Below are positions 1-8,576 of a stretch of 64,000 nucleotides of DNA, in pieces; position 1 is the stretch's first letter; each line of letters starts with the position of its first letter. The notes below the pieces were generated by a model that worked only from the letters and a program-made list of their open reading frames with translations, was not told the origin of the DNA and did not search any database. Both the position numbers and the translations under genes were made by a program. Origin of the DNA: Spirochaetia bacterium (GTDB lineage: Bacteria; Spirochaetota; UBA4802; UBA5550); assembly GCA_009885955.1 (NCBI GenBank), contig VFJS01000003.1, forward strand, positions 147,086 to 211,085. Reading direction: 5' to 3'.

Positions 1-912
1 ATCTTCATTGATTTAAAGTATCATGAAGGTTTAGGTACCAGGTTTTCGGGAGATGAGACCAGGATTAAGCAGATTCTCATGAACCTCCTGGGCAATGCAG
101 TTAAATTCACTGAAAGCGGCGGAGTTACACTATCGGCGGAGCCTTATCATAATGAAGATGGGTTCAGCCCGGGTTCCCCAGGCGGATGGCCGATTTTATT
201 CACGGTCCATGACAGCGGTATGGGGGTTCCTCAGGAAGATATTAAGATCATCTTTGAAAAATACAAGCATGCGGCCAGGAGGGGAAAGAAGGATTTCCGG
301 GGTACGGGACTTGGCCTTGCAATATGCAGAAAACTCGTGGAGCTTATGGACGGTAATATATGGGTTGAAAGCTCACTGTCAAAGGGGAGCAGTTTCAAGT
401 TTACTCTGAAACTCGGGCCATGGAAGGATTCAGATGTCATCAGTTCTCCGGAAACAGGCTTTACTGAGGCCGAAAAGAGGGTGCCTCTCCGGATACTTGT
501 TGCCGAGGATAACCCGGTAAATATAAAACTCATGACCAGGCTTCTCGAAAAAATCGGTGATATGCCGGAGACGGCATTGAACGGCAGGGAAGTGATTGAT
601 ATGCTGCAGAAAAAAACTTATGGCCTGGTCATCATGGATATGGAAATGCCGGTGATGAACGGCATAGAAGCTGCCGGAATGATCAGGAAGGGGGCCGCGG
701 GCGAGGATAACAGTACCATTCCCATTCTTATGATCACCGGGTTCGTGCACCCCGAGGCGGCCAGGCTCTGCAGCGAGGTGGGAATTGACGGGTATCTCAT
801 AAAACCGGTGAGCATAAAAATTCTTACATCAGCCATACACAGGCTCAAGGACAGGCTCGCCAACAGGCATACATGCGATGATTTAAGCGATACAGGAGCC
901 GTGCATGAGTAG
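1..912 (+). CDS. Hybrid sensor histidine kinase, C-terminal part (HATPase_c + REC receiver); 5' end lies outside the window
   Basis: Frame 1 reads ...DETRIKQILMNLLGNAVKFT (N-box), DSGMGVP (G1), GTGLGLAICRKLVELMDG (G2). A receiver domain follows: RILVAEDNPVNIKL...IMDMEMPVMNG. No start codon in-window upstream of the N-box. Confidence 0.85.
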   Translation: MFIDLKYHEGLGTRFSGDETRIKQILMNLLGNAVKFTESGGVTLSAEPYHNEDGFSPGSPGGWPILFTVHDSGMGVPQEDIKIIFEKYKHAARRGKKDFRGTGLGLAICRKLVELMDGNIWVESSLSKGSSFKFTLKLGPWKDSDVISSPETGFTEAEKRVPLRILVAEDNPVNIKLMTRLLEKIGDMPETALNGREVIDMLQKKTYGLVIMDMEMPVMNGIEAAGMIRKGAAGEDNSTIPILMITGFVHPEAARLCSEVGIDGYLIKPVSIKILTSAIHRLKDRLANRHTCDDLSDTGAVHE

Positions 913-1537
913 CATACGGGCATACCTTTTTGACTTTGACGGGACCCTTGTGGATACCATGCAGGGTTTTGCCGATATTGCCGCTGAAACAATTCACCGG
1001 TTCCATCCTGAAATGAGTTTTGAAACGGCAGGGAGGAGATACCTTGAAACATCGGGTGCACCTTTTTTCCAGCAGCTTGAGATACTGTTTCCCGGTGCCG
1101 GTAATAACGGTGATATCGCGGCAATCTTCGAGGAGACCAAGAAGGATGGATTTTTCAGGTCCTCCTTTTCTGAAGATGTGAGGCAGACAATCGGGACAAT
1201 ACGGTCCCGCGGGCAGATCGCCGGAATTGCCTCGAATAATTTTCAGGAGCTCGTCGACCGCTTTGTTGAAAGGGAGGGACTGGCCTTCGACATTGTCCTC
1301 GGGTACAGGGACGGATTTGAAAAAGGGAAAGACCACTTCAGCCATGTAATGGAGAAATTCAGGCTCGATAAGGAGGAGCTTGTTTTTATAGGAGACTCTT
1401 TAAAAGATGCAGAAAAGGCCTTCCACTTCGGCATCGGATTCATAGGGATATGCGGTACTTTCCAAAGGGAGGATTTTATGAAAATCAGAGACGGTATTGT
1501 TACGGTGAATAATATAAAGGAGATACTCTATCTATGA
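905..1537 (+). CDS. HAD-superfamily hydrolase (phosphatase/beta-phosphoglucomutase-like)
   Basis: N-terminal motif I 'YLFDFDGTLVDT' (DxDGT). Start overlaps the upstream stop by 8 nt, suggesting an operon. Confidence 0.8.
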   Translation: MSSIRAYLFDFDGTLVDTMQGFADIAAETIHRFHPEMSFETAGRRYLETSGAPFFQQLEILFPGAGNNGDIAAIFEETKKDGFFRSSFSEDVRQTIGTIRSRGQIAGIASNNFQELVDRFVEREGLAFDIVLGYRDGFEKGKDHFSHVMEKFRLDKEELVFIGDSLKDAEKAFHFGIGFIGICGTFQREDFMKIRDGIVTVNNIKEILYL

Positions 1538-2274
1538 AAGCAGTTGTTCTTGCGGCAGGTACCGGGAGCAGGCTCGGTGAAATTACCAGGGCCAGGACCA
1601 AGGGGATGGTTCCGGTACAGGGAAGGAAATTGATCGATTATCTCCTCGATTTTTTCGGGACAGATTTTTTTGATGAGATTCTTGTGGTAGGGGGTTTCTG
1701 CTATGAGGACCTGAGAGACCACATAACCGGAAGGGGGCAGGGGAACGTCAGGGTGATCCATAACAGCGAATACCTGAAGGGCAATATTTATACCCTGTTT
1801 ACCGCGCTGAAGGAATTTTCCGGGGAATCCTTTCTTATGACAAACGTAGACCACATCTATCCCCGGATCATGTTTGAGAAAATGAAAAAGTCCTTTTCCC
1901 GCATAACTGCCATGTGCGATTTTGACCGGAGCCTCACCGGCGACGACATGAAGGTGAAGCTGAGGAAGCATGGCAGAAGCATAGATACAATCAGCAAGGA
2001 GCTCCATGATTTCGATTGCGGGTATATAGGCATGACCTATGTGGACCAGGAGTTTGATAACACCTACCGCAATGCAGCGCAGGCGGCCCTCAGCCGTTAC
2101 GGGGAAAAGGCCGTTGTTGAGAACATACTTCAGATACTTGCAGCGGAGAGCGACGAGGTGCCTGCAATATGCGACCTTTCGGGCTTCGGGTGGTACGAGG
2201 TTGATAACATGGAGGATTTACAGAAGGCCGAGGAAGGCCTGGCAGCGGACCGGAATTTTAATTTTGACATATAA
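1534..2274 (+). CDS. Sugar-phosphate/choline-phosphate nucleotidyltransferase (NTP_transferase family, LicC-like)
   Basis: N-terminus 'MKAVVLAAGTGSRLGEIT...KGMVPV' is the classic nucleotidyltransferase G-loop. 4-nt ATGA overlap with the HAD gene. Confidence 0.75.
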   Translation: MKAVVLAAGTGSRLGEITRARTKGMVPVQGRKLIDYLLDFFGTDFFDEILVVGGFCYEDLRDHITGRGQGNVRVIHNSEYLKGNIYTLFTALKEFSGESFLMTNVDHIYPRIMFEKMKKSFSRITAMCDFDRSLTGDDMKVKLRKHGRSIDTISKELHDFDCGYIGMTYVDQEFDNTYRNAAQAALSRYGEKAVVENILQILAAESDEVPAICDLSGFGWYEVDNMEDLQKAEEGLAADRNFNFDI

Positions 2275-2425
2275 ATACCGGGGTCTGCCTCCTTTGAGAG
2301 TGTCCAAATAGTAAATAAAGGATTTGCCACAGAGGCCCTGAGACACAGAGAAGTATTAAGAATTATAAGCTCTTTCCGGAATGTTGGGCAATATAGATAT
2401 TTATAGACTTATCTTTGGAAATATT

Positions 2426-2468
2426 GCCCTCACCCCCGGCCCCTCTCCCGGAATAGGGAGAGGGGTGC
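2426..2468. repeat. GC-rich palindromic repeat, module A copy 1 (GCCCTCACCCCCGGCCCCTCTCCCGGAATAGGGAGAGGGG)
   Basis: Perfect hairpin CCCCTCTCCC/GGGAGAGGGG. The same 40-mer recurs reverse-complemented at 5549-5594 and degenerate at 10561-10602. Confidence 0.8.
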
Positions 2469-2577
2469 TAGTTATATATTTGTATGACCTCTTGATGCCA
2501 CTTATTCAGGGTAGAAACTATTTATTGTAAATGTTTTAGAAAAAGATGATTAATAAAAAGTATTAAAGATATATAAA

Positions 2578-2682
2578 ACCCTCGCCCTACTGGGAGAGGC
2601 GACAGGCAGGAGGCCTTAGTGTCGAGCGCGGACAGGATGGCCGAAAAGCGCTCGACGAACGCGCGGAGCGCGGGTGAGGGCA
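2578..2682 (+). repeat. 105-bp structured GC-rich repeat, module B copy 1
   Basis: Near-identical (1 mismatch) to 10629-10733. It has a closing helix CCCTCGCCC/GGGTGAGGG and an internal 9-bp stem GTCGAGCGC...GCGCTCGAC. Confidence 0.85.
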
Positions 2683-2730
2683 TCAGTTTTATAAGGCTGC
2701 TGATGCATTGACAATAACAGTGGTGATAAT

Positions 2731-3630
2731 GTGAAAATAGGATCCATCTCGGACATCCATATCGATATAAACAGATCCAGGGGGTACCCCGATGTTTCCG
2801 CTGACCTTTTACACTACATTGAGGGACTGGGCCTCGATGTCCTCATAATCCCAGGGGACATCTCAGGGACCTCCAGGACAATTGAGAATTTTTTTATTGA
2901 GGCAGATACGCTCTCTGTCCCGGTAAAGATCTTTGTGCCGGGGAACCATGACATCTGGGTTAACGGCAAAACTTCAGACGGCTCCATGATAAAGTATACT
3001 TCAATCCTTCCCGGGATCTGCAGTAACCATGGATGGCATTATCTTCCGGGCAACCCTCTGACACTGGGAAGAACAGCCTTCCTGGGTGCCATGGGATGGT
3101 ACGACTATTCACTGGCAGGGGACAAGGGGAGCCGTCTCTTTTCCAATGACGTGTATGAGAAAAAAATAAGCCCCGGCGGCGCCATGTGGATGGATGGAGA
3201 GTATGCCAGGTTCGGCATGTCAGATACCCGGGCCTCGGCATTGATGGTTGAAAATCTGAACAATGATTTGAAGAAAATAAAAATTCTCACCGATGCCGGC
3301 GGGGCGGATGAAACCTCCAGTCCGGTGAATGTAATTGTTGTGACCCATTTCATACCATACCGGGATTTTGTCTATTCCACCGGAGATCCCGATTATGACT
3401 TTTTCAATGCCTTCATGGGCTCGGCCGGTCTGGGTGAATGTATCAACACACTGCCGCAGCACCTGCGCCGTATAGCGCTTTTCGGGCACACTCACCGGCC
3501 CATGAAAAGGGCCATGGAGAGCGGTGTCGAGGCAGTCTGTGCGCCGCTGGGGTATCCGTCTGACCATGGGATGCTGTCTTTTCATGAAGCCCTGAACCGG
3601 AGGGTCGCTGTTTTCACTGTGGAGAATTGA
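2731..3630 (+). CDS. Calcineurin-like metallophosphoesterase
   Basis: Motifs 'SDIHID', 'IPGDISG', 'PGNHDIW', 'GHTH' fit the D-x-H / GD / GNH(D/E) / GH-x-H signature. Starts with GTG. Confidence 0.8.
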   Translation: MKIGSISDIHIDINRSRGYPDVSADLLHYIEGLGLDVLIIPGDISGTSRTIENFFIEADTLSVPVKIFVPGNHDIWVNGKTSDGSMIKYTSILPGICSNHGWHYLPGNPLTLGRTAFLGAMGWYDYSLAGDKGSRLFSNDVYEKKISPGGAMWMDGEYARFGMSDTRASALMVENLNNDLKKIKILTDAGGADETSSPVNVIVVTHFIPYRDFVYSTGDPDYDFFNAFMGSAGLGECINTLPQHLRRIALFGHTHRPMKRAMESGVEAVCAPLGYPSDHGMLSFHEALNRRVAVFTVEN

Positions 3631-3772
3631 GGGGGAATATCTATTGATAAAAGAAATTTTTTTACTCCGAAAATAACTTGACATACAAAATATTGAATAG
3701 TATTTTTTTTCAGTATTCAGTCACCGGTGTTCTAATTTTATATATTATTAACCTGTTATTTATTGTGAAATA

Positions 3773-3967
3773 ATGACCTATAAGGAAATTTTGAGGATTA
3801 TAGAAGAAGACGGCTGGTACCTTTCCCGGCAGAAAGGAAGCCACCGGCAATATAAACATCATACCAAGAAAGGACTTGTAACTATTGCCCATCACGGGGT
3901 CACGGAAACGATAGGACAGAAGATGCTGAAAAGCATTTTGAAGCAGGCACAGATTAATCTGAAGTGA
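3773..3967 (+). CDS. hicA: HicA-family toxin (mRNA interferase)
   Basis: 64 aa, 'LSRQKGSHRQYKHHTKKGLVTIAHHG...ILKQA' matches the HicA/YcfA fold signature. Immediately followed by hicB. Confidence 0.8.
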   Translation: MTYKEILRIIEEDGWYLSRQKGSHRQYKHHTKKGLVTIAHHGVTETIGQKMLKSILKQAQINLK

Positions 3968-3974
3968 GGAAAAC

Positions 3975-4190
3975 ATGTACAGATATATTGTAATATTTGA
4001 AAAGACAAATGACGGCTACAGCGCATCGGTTCCGGCACTGCCAGGCTGCGTTGCTATGGCAGATACAAAAAAGGAGATCGAAGAGCTTATATATAAGACG
4101 ATTTTATTTCATATCGAGGGCATGAAGGAAGAAGGCCTGGAAATTCCCGAAGAGAACGACATAGAAGTTGAGACCATGGTGTTCGCATGA
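3975..4190 (+). CDS. hicB: HicB-family antitoxin
   Basis: 71 aa, 'YRYIVIFEKTNDGYSASVPALPGCVAMADT' is the HicB/UPF0150 N-terminal motif. 8 nt downstream of hicA. Confidence 0.75.
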   Translation: MYRYIVIFEKTNDGYSASVPALPGCVAMADTKKEIEELIYKTILFHIEGMKEEGLEIPEENDIEVETMVFA

Positions 4191-4332
4191 AATATTTTTT
4201 TTAAATTCCGGTGGTCATACGCCAACCTACGCCCTTGAAACCTTCCAAATATATCAATATATCTTTAAAAAAACAGTTGAAATTAATAACCATTCCGATA
4301 GTTTTATCTAAATCAAAAAATAGAGGTTCACA

Positions 4333-5493
4333 ATGACCACAGGCCATAGGATCTTTTTTGGTATTGCTGTTTCAATCATCCTTATATTAACCGCTATAAT
4401 ATTTTTATCTAATAAAAAAGCCGATACCCATTTCAATTATCTCGATTTTTTCATAGGCAGGGTCGGTATCATTAAAAACAATAGGGCTGTTGAGGCCGCG
4501 GAAATTAAAAAAAAGCTCTTCCCCGGTGATACAGTGAAAACAGGCGCCGAAACAAAGGCCTTCATTCAGTTAGGCGCTGACAACATGGTCCAGGTTAATG
4601 AAAATACCGAAATCTCCATGGCCGGGCTCCCCGGCATGCTGGAATCATCAGACGGCAAAACATCTCTGGAGCTCAGACAGGGTAAAATTTTAATGTTCCT
4701 GAAGAAACTCGGGAAAAACGGCGAATTTTTTGTTAAATACAGGACTACGGTCATAGGTGTCAGAGGGACCGCCTTTTCCATGGAGGGCAGTGATGATGTA
4801 TTGTCCGTAACGGTATTGGAAGGGTCGGTGAGCATAAAGAGCGATAAAAATGATTTTCCCGGATTTATTATTGAAAGCGGGAAAAAGGGAGTGATTAAAG
4901 GAGCTGATGTTAAAATCGGAGAAATGAATCGGAGTGATCTCGATTCATTCAGGGAAATTACCGCGTTAAGGCCTCTGGCAGGGATAAGCTGCATGCCAAA
5001 AGAATATGTTGAGGAGTACTTCATCTGGAGGCTCGATATAAAAAAACATTCAAGGGGCGATGAAAAGGTCCCTGATGAAGAGAAAAAAACATCATCCCTG
5101 GAAAAGGAATCCAAAACAGATTCATTACCCGCGCACACTGATGCCAGGATAAGGATAAAAATCAACCCGCTGACAGCAAACGGGGTGGAGCCCGGGGAAG
5201 CCTCTGACATCACTGAAAAATTATACAACAGGCTGGCTGCATTAAAAGGAGGCGACTCCATAATTTATAATAAATCCGGAGATATATCAAAGAGCGCCAA
5301 CCGGCAGCTCACCGGAAGGATAAGCAAACTTGGAGCAAGCTACATTATCGCGGTCAGCGTCTCTCATGGCGAAACCGGAAGGGTGATGTTCACAAAGACA
5401 GTTACGGTGAAACCGGACCAGGTGGACAATGCCCTTAGTAACCTGGCCTCGCAGGTGAACGCCAGCGATGATATATGGGCAGTGGTGAAATGA
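4333..5493 (+). CDS. Membrane-anchored FecR-domain protein with a CsgG/LpoB-like C-terminal domain
   Basis: N-terminal TM helix, then a FecR-like block (GDTVKTGAETKAFIQLGADNMVQVNENTEI...LELRQGKILM...GTAFSME). The C-terminal ~90 aa resemble the alpha/beta fold of the downstream CsgG-like protein. Confidence 0.55.
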   Translation: MTTGHRIFFGIAVSIILILTAIIFLSNKKADTHFNYLDFFIGRVGIIKNNRAVEAAEIKKKLFPGDTVKTGAETKAFIQLGADNMVQVNENTEISMAGLPGMLESSDGKTSLELRQGKILMFLKKLGKNGEFFVKYRTTVIGVRGTAFSMEGSDDVLSVTVLEGSVSIKSDKNDFPGFIIESGKKGVIKGADVKIGEMNRSDLDSFREITALRPLAGISCMPKEYVEEYFIWRLDIKKHSRGDEKVPDEEKKTSSLEKESKTDSLPAHTDARIRIKINPLTANGVEPGEASDITEKLYNRLAALKGGDSIIYNKSGDISKSANRQLTGRISKLGASYIIAVSVSHGETGRVMFTKTVTVKPDQVDNALSNLASQVNASDDIWAVVK

Positions 5494-5548
5494 TTAAGAA
5501 TATATATTATGTTCTTGATATTAAAATTCCAACATTAGGTATTTAACG

Positions 5549-5594
5549 CCTTCTCCCCTCGCCCTATTCCGGGAGAGGGGCCGGGGGTGAGGGC
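5549..5594. repeat. GC-rich palindromic repeat, module A copy 2 (inverted orientation)
   Basis: Its reverse complement equals GCCCTCACCCCCGGCCCCTCTCCCGGAATAGGGcGAGGGG, nearly identical to 2426-2468. Confidence 0.8.
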
Positions 5595-5631
5595 AGATAG
5601 ATTTGGGCTGTAATCGTTTATCATGATTTGA

Positions 5632-6843
5632 ATGGGGAGATTTGACACAATGAAAAAATGTAACCTGGCGCTTCTTGCCGTAATTTTATTCCTTTCACAA
5701 AAACCATCGCAGGCCGAAACCATGAGGCTTGCCGTAATGGACTTAATAGCCAACAACGTGCCGAGAGTGGAGGCGCGGGCTGTAACAGACCTCATAAGGG
5801 CGGATCTCGTGGATTCGGGCATGTTCACCGTTGTAGAGAGGAGCCAGATGGATGAAATCCTGAAAGAGCAGGCCCTCCAGCAGATGGGCTGTACCGACAA
5901 CGCGTGCGCCGTGAAGGTGGGAAAGCTCCTGTCGGCGAACAAAATTCTCATTGGTGAGATGAGTAAAATAGGGGGCACCATAATATTAACCGTACGGATT
6001 GTAGATGTGGAAAAGGGCGTGGCCGAGGTTTCTTCCACCGAAAGGGTTAAATCCGCCGATGCCCTTGACGTTGCCGTGGGGAGCCTGGTCAAGCGCCTTG
6101 TTGACACACTGGGCGGCAAAAGGATAACTGACCTGGCCGGTGTCCTTGAAATACCGGAGAATTTTTCAGCCACTGACGGGGTTTACAGTGATAAAATTGT
6201 CATTACCTGGAGCCCGGTTAAGGAGGCGGATAAGTATTATGTCTTCAAGGAAATTAAGGGGAAATATGAACTGATTTTTACCACAAAGGAAACGGCCTTC
6301 ACAGACAAAAATGTCAAGTACGGCGAAAGATATTATTACCGGGTCAGGGCCGGGGTTTTTTCCAGGTTCAGCGAACTCAGCTCCACGGTTTCAGGTATGT
6401 GCGGCAAATCGGTCTCAGGATATTATTTGCGGGGGCTCATCCCCGGCTGGGGGCAGTTGTATTATAGAAATGATACAAAAGGATATATATTTCTCACCGG
6501 CTTTGCTGTTTTCACCGGAGCCCTGGGATATTCGCTTTACGATTATAATGCGAAGAAGGATGCTTACGACGGCCTCGATGCCAAATCATCGAAGAGCCGG
6601 TTCGATCCAAAATATAATGATTATAACAAGGCGGCTAACATGGCCATTAATGCAGCCGGAATTTGGGCGCTCTGGTATGCTGCAAACTGGATAGACCTTT
6701 TATGGTTTACTAAACCGGTTTTTGCCGACGATTCAGGGAGCGGTAAGACAGGTGCCAATATCGAAATTAATATATATAACAGGCAGTTGTCCAACGGGAA
6801 GGTTGATACCGTTGGGGTTCTATCGATTAATTGTAAATTCTAG
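5632..6843 (+). CDS. Secreted CsgG-like domain protein with an Fn3 domain and C-terminal TM segments
   Basis: Signal peptide. 'LAVMDL...ARAVTDLIRADLVDSGMFTVVERSQMDEILKEQ...GKLLSANKILIGEMS' matches the CsgG/curli-assembly lipoprotein family pattern. It is followed by an Fn3-like block (ITWSPV...YYYRVRA) and hydrophobic helices. Confidence 0.55.
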   Translation: MGRFDTMKKCNLALLAVILFLSQKPSQAETMRLAVMDLIANNVPRVEARAVTDLIRADLVDSGMFTVVERSQMDEILKEQALQQMGCTDNACAVKVGKLLSANKILIGEMSKIGGTIILTVRIVDVEKGVAEVSSTERVKSADALDVAVGSLVKRLVDTLGGKRITDLAGVLEIPENFSATDGVYSDKIVITWSPVKEADKYYVFKEIKGKYELIFTTKETAFTDKNVKYGERYYYRVRAGVFSRFSELSSTVSGMCGKSVSGYYLRGLIPGWGQLYYRNDTKGYIFLTGFAVFTGALGYSLYDYNAKKDAYDGLDAKSSKSRFDPKYNDYNKAANMAINAAGIWALWYAANWIDLLWFTKPVFADDSGSGKTGANIEINIYNRQLSNGKVDTVGVLSINCKF

Positions 6844-6856
6844 GAAGGAATAATTT

Positions 6857-7590
6857 ATGAAAAGAATTAATATAATGATAATCTTCACGATAATGAATTT
6901 TATGGCATGCTATATGGTATATGATACACCCAGGGACAATAAAAATGATCCCGGGGGAGATAAATATGTTTTAAGTGAAAACCTCCCAACAGTGACAATA
7001 GCTGTTACCGTGAATGTTAACGTAATAACAGTTTTAAGCACTGTCAGTAAAGGTACAACTGCTGTTACAGCTCGCGGTATATGCTGGAGCACCAGTCCAA
7101 ATCCCATTATAAGTAATTCCCATACCACTAATGGTATAGGAACTGGCAGTTTCACCGTTATTATTACAGATCTTTTTACGAGTAGTGCTCTATACTTTAT
7201 TCGGGCTTATGCAACAAATAATGCAGGAACAGCTTATAGTGATCAAATTAGTAGTAATATCTTGGAGTAATGTTGCTGATTTTATAGGAACAGGGCAGGC
7301 GAATGCTGATTTGATTATTAGTCAAACATGTCATTTATACAGTGCTGCAAAACTGTGTGACAATTATACTGACGGCGCCTATATCGACTGGTTTTTGCCG
7401 TCAAAAGATGAACTCAGTTTAATATATGCAAATTTGTATTTAAGCGGTGTTGAAGGTTTCGCTGGTTGCGGCTATTGGAATTCGTGAGGGGACTGGTTAC
7501 CCCGTGTGTTACCAGAATTTCTACGATGGCTTCCAGGGTACCGTCACTAATGACGCCACTTTCTATTTGCATGCTGTCCGGGCTTTTTAA
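6857..7590 (+). pseudogene. Frameshifted lipoprotein gene (Fn3-like 'CWSTSPNP...YFIRAYATNNAGTAYS' domain + DUF1566/Lcl-like domain) split over three frames
   Basis: Frame 2 (6857-7270) carries the lipobox and a Bacteroidetes-type Fn3-like domain. Frame 0 (7185-7487) carries DUF1566 'DWFLPSKDELSLIYANL...GFAGCGYWNS'. Frame 1 (7489-7590) carries the DUF1566 end 'CYQNFYDG...LHAVRAF'. Two +1 shifts near 7262 and 7486. Confidence 0.45.
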
Positions 7591-7654
7591 CAATTTATCT
7601 ATTTAACTATTTACTTTCCCGTGGAGCACCATTGGAGTTGTCCGTTGTGTTTCC

Positions 7655-7736
7655 GGACCGTAGGTTATTTGGTTATTTGCTTATTATGCGGGCTCCGCCC
7701 GCAGGGGATTTTCAATGGATCCTGGATTTGCTTTTA
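7655..7736 (+). repeat. Direct repeat copy 1 (~75 bp, contains palindrome GCGGGCTCCGCCCGC) flanking a two-gene cassette
   Basis: GGACCGTAGGTTATTTG(GTTATTTG)CTTATTATGCGGGCTCCGCCCGCAGGGGAT...GATTTGCT is repeated at 8496-8568 in the same orientation. Confidence 0.8.
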
Positions 7737-7795
7737 ATTGGAGGCATCAATGAGGATCCCCCTCCGATCTGGAGAAGAGTCTGCCTCCTAATCAT

Positions 7796-8134
7796 TCAAA
7801 GTCTGTGATTCGGTATATAGTTCAAAATATCATCAATGGTAATGTCATAATTGGGCATAATTTTTTCACCTTCATGTTTATGATGCGGGAAGGTTATCAC
7901 CTCTTTATGATGCGGTGAATTATCCCATCTTATAATTAAATCACCGTTAACTTTTTGCCAATGATAGGAATATTTTCTATCGAATTCATCTGAAAATTCC
8001 TTGATGAATAATCGGGTATTATTTAATAATTCAGATTCGATTTTTATAAAAAATCCGGTTTTAAAAACCCGGAAGTCCTGAATTGTATATTTTTTAATGA
8101 TTACCGAGGCATTAAGAGATTTGATAATTTCCAT
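7796..8134 (-). CDS. DUF6516/TumE-like small protein (putative toxin of an addiction-type pair)
   Basis: 112 aa with the motif 'RWDNSPHHKEVITFPHHKH'. This resembles the conserved YDNAPHH...FPHHKH signature I recall for the TumE-like family. It overlaps the upstream small gene by 23 nt. Confidence 0.45.
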   Translation of the reverse strand: MEIIKSLNASVIIKKYTIQDFRVFKTGFFIKIESELLNNTRLFIKEFSDEFDRKYSYHWQKVNGDLIIRWDNSPHHKEVITFPHHKHEGEKIMPNYDITIDDILNYIPNHRL

Positions 8135-8378
8135 TGATTATATCTTCTTTTTCTGAAATCAATTCTCTATAACTTTTATCGTATGCTTTCCATTCCATGT
8201 AGTCATCCCATTCGGTATAATTTTCAGTTTTTTCGCTATTTATCAAATTTTCAAATTCTTCAAAAGACATTTTATATTTAGTCTTCATCAAAGCGATTCT
8301 ATCCTCCGCTTTATGCAATTCATACAGGAGATTCATATAAAACAAATCTTTAATGTTATCATTATGTATAATTACCAT
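8112..8378 (-). CDS. Small hypothetical protein, putative partner (antitoxin?) of the TumE-like gene
   Basis: 88-aa acidic protein, co-oriented and overlapping the downstream gene. No recognisable motif. Confidence 0.35.
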   Translation of the reverse strand: MVIIHNDNIKDLFYMNLLYELHKAEDRIALMKTKYKMSFEEFENLINSEKTENYTEWDDYMEWKAYDKSYRELISEKEDIINGNYQIS

Positions 8379-8495
8379 ATTAGAGACCTGCCCGGAATAT
8401 CATATTTTTATATGAAAAAAATTATTATCAATTAATTGTTCTGTCAAGTAAAATATGTTTTTTGGAATCATACCTACTATGACCGCTGCATTTAC

Positions 8496-8568
8496 GGACC
8501 CTTGGTTATTTGCTTATTATGCGGGCTCCGCCCGCAGGGGATGTCCAGGTGAACCTAGATTTGCTAAA
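8496..8568 (+). repeat. Direct repeat copy 2
   Basis: See 7655-7736. Copy 2 lacks the 8-bp internal tandem duplication. Confidence 0.8.
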
Positions 8569-8576
8569 TTAATATA

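Noticed and set aside
7655-8568. Possible integron attC sites flanking a gene cassette (TA genes are typical of chromosomal integron cassettes)
   Set aside because: The repeats are direct. They lack the inverse core RYYYAAC...GTTRRRY pair, and no intI gene is in the window. Reported instead as direct repeats.
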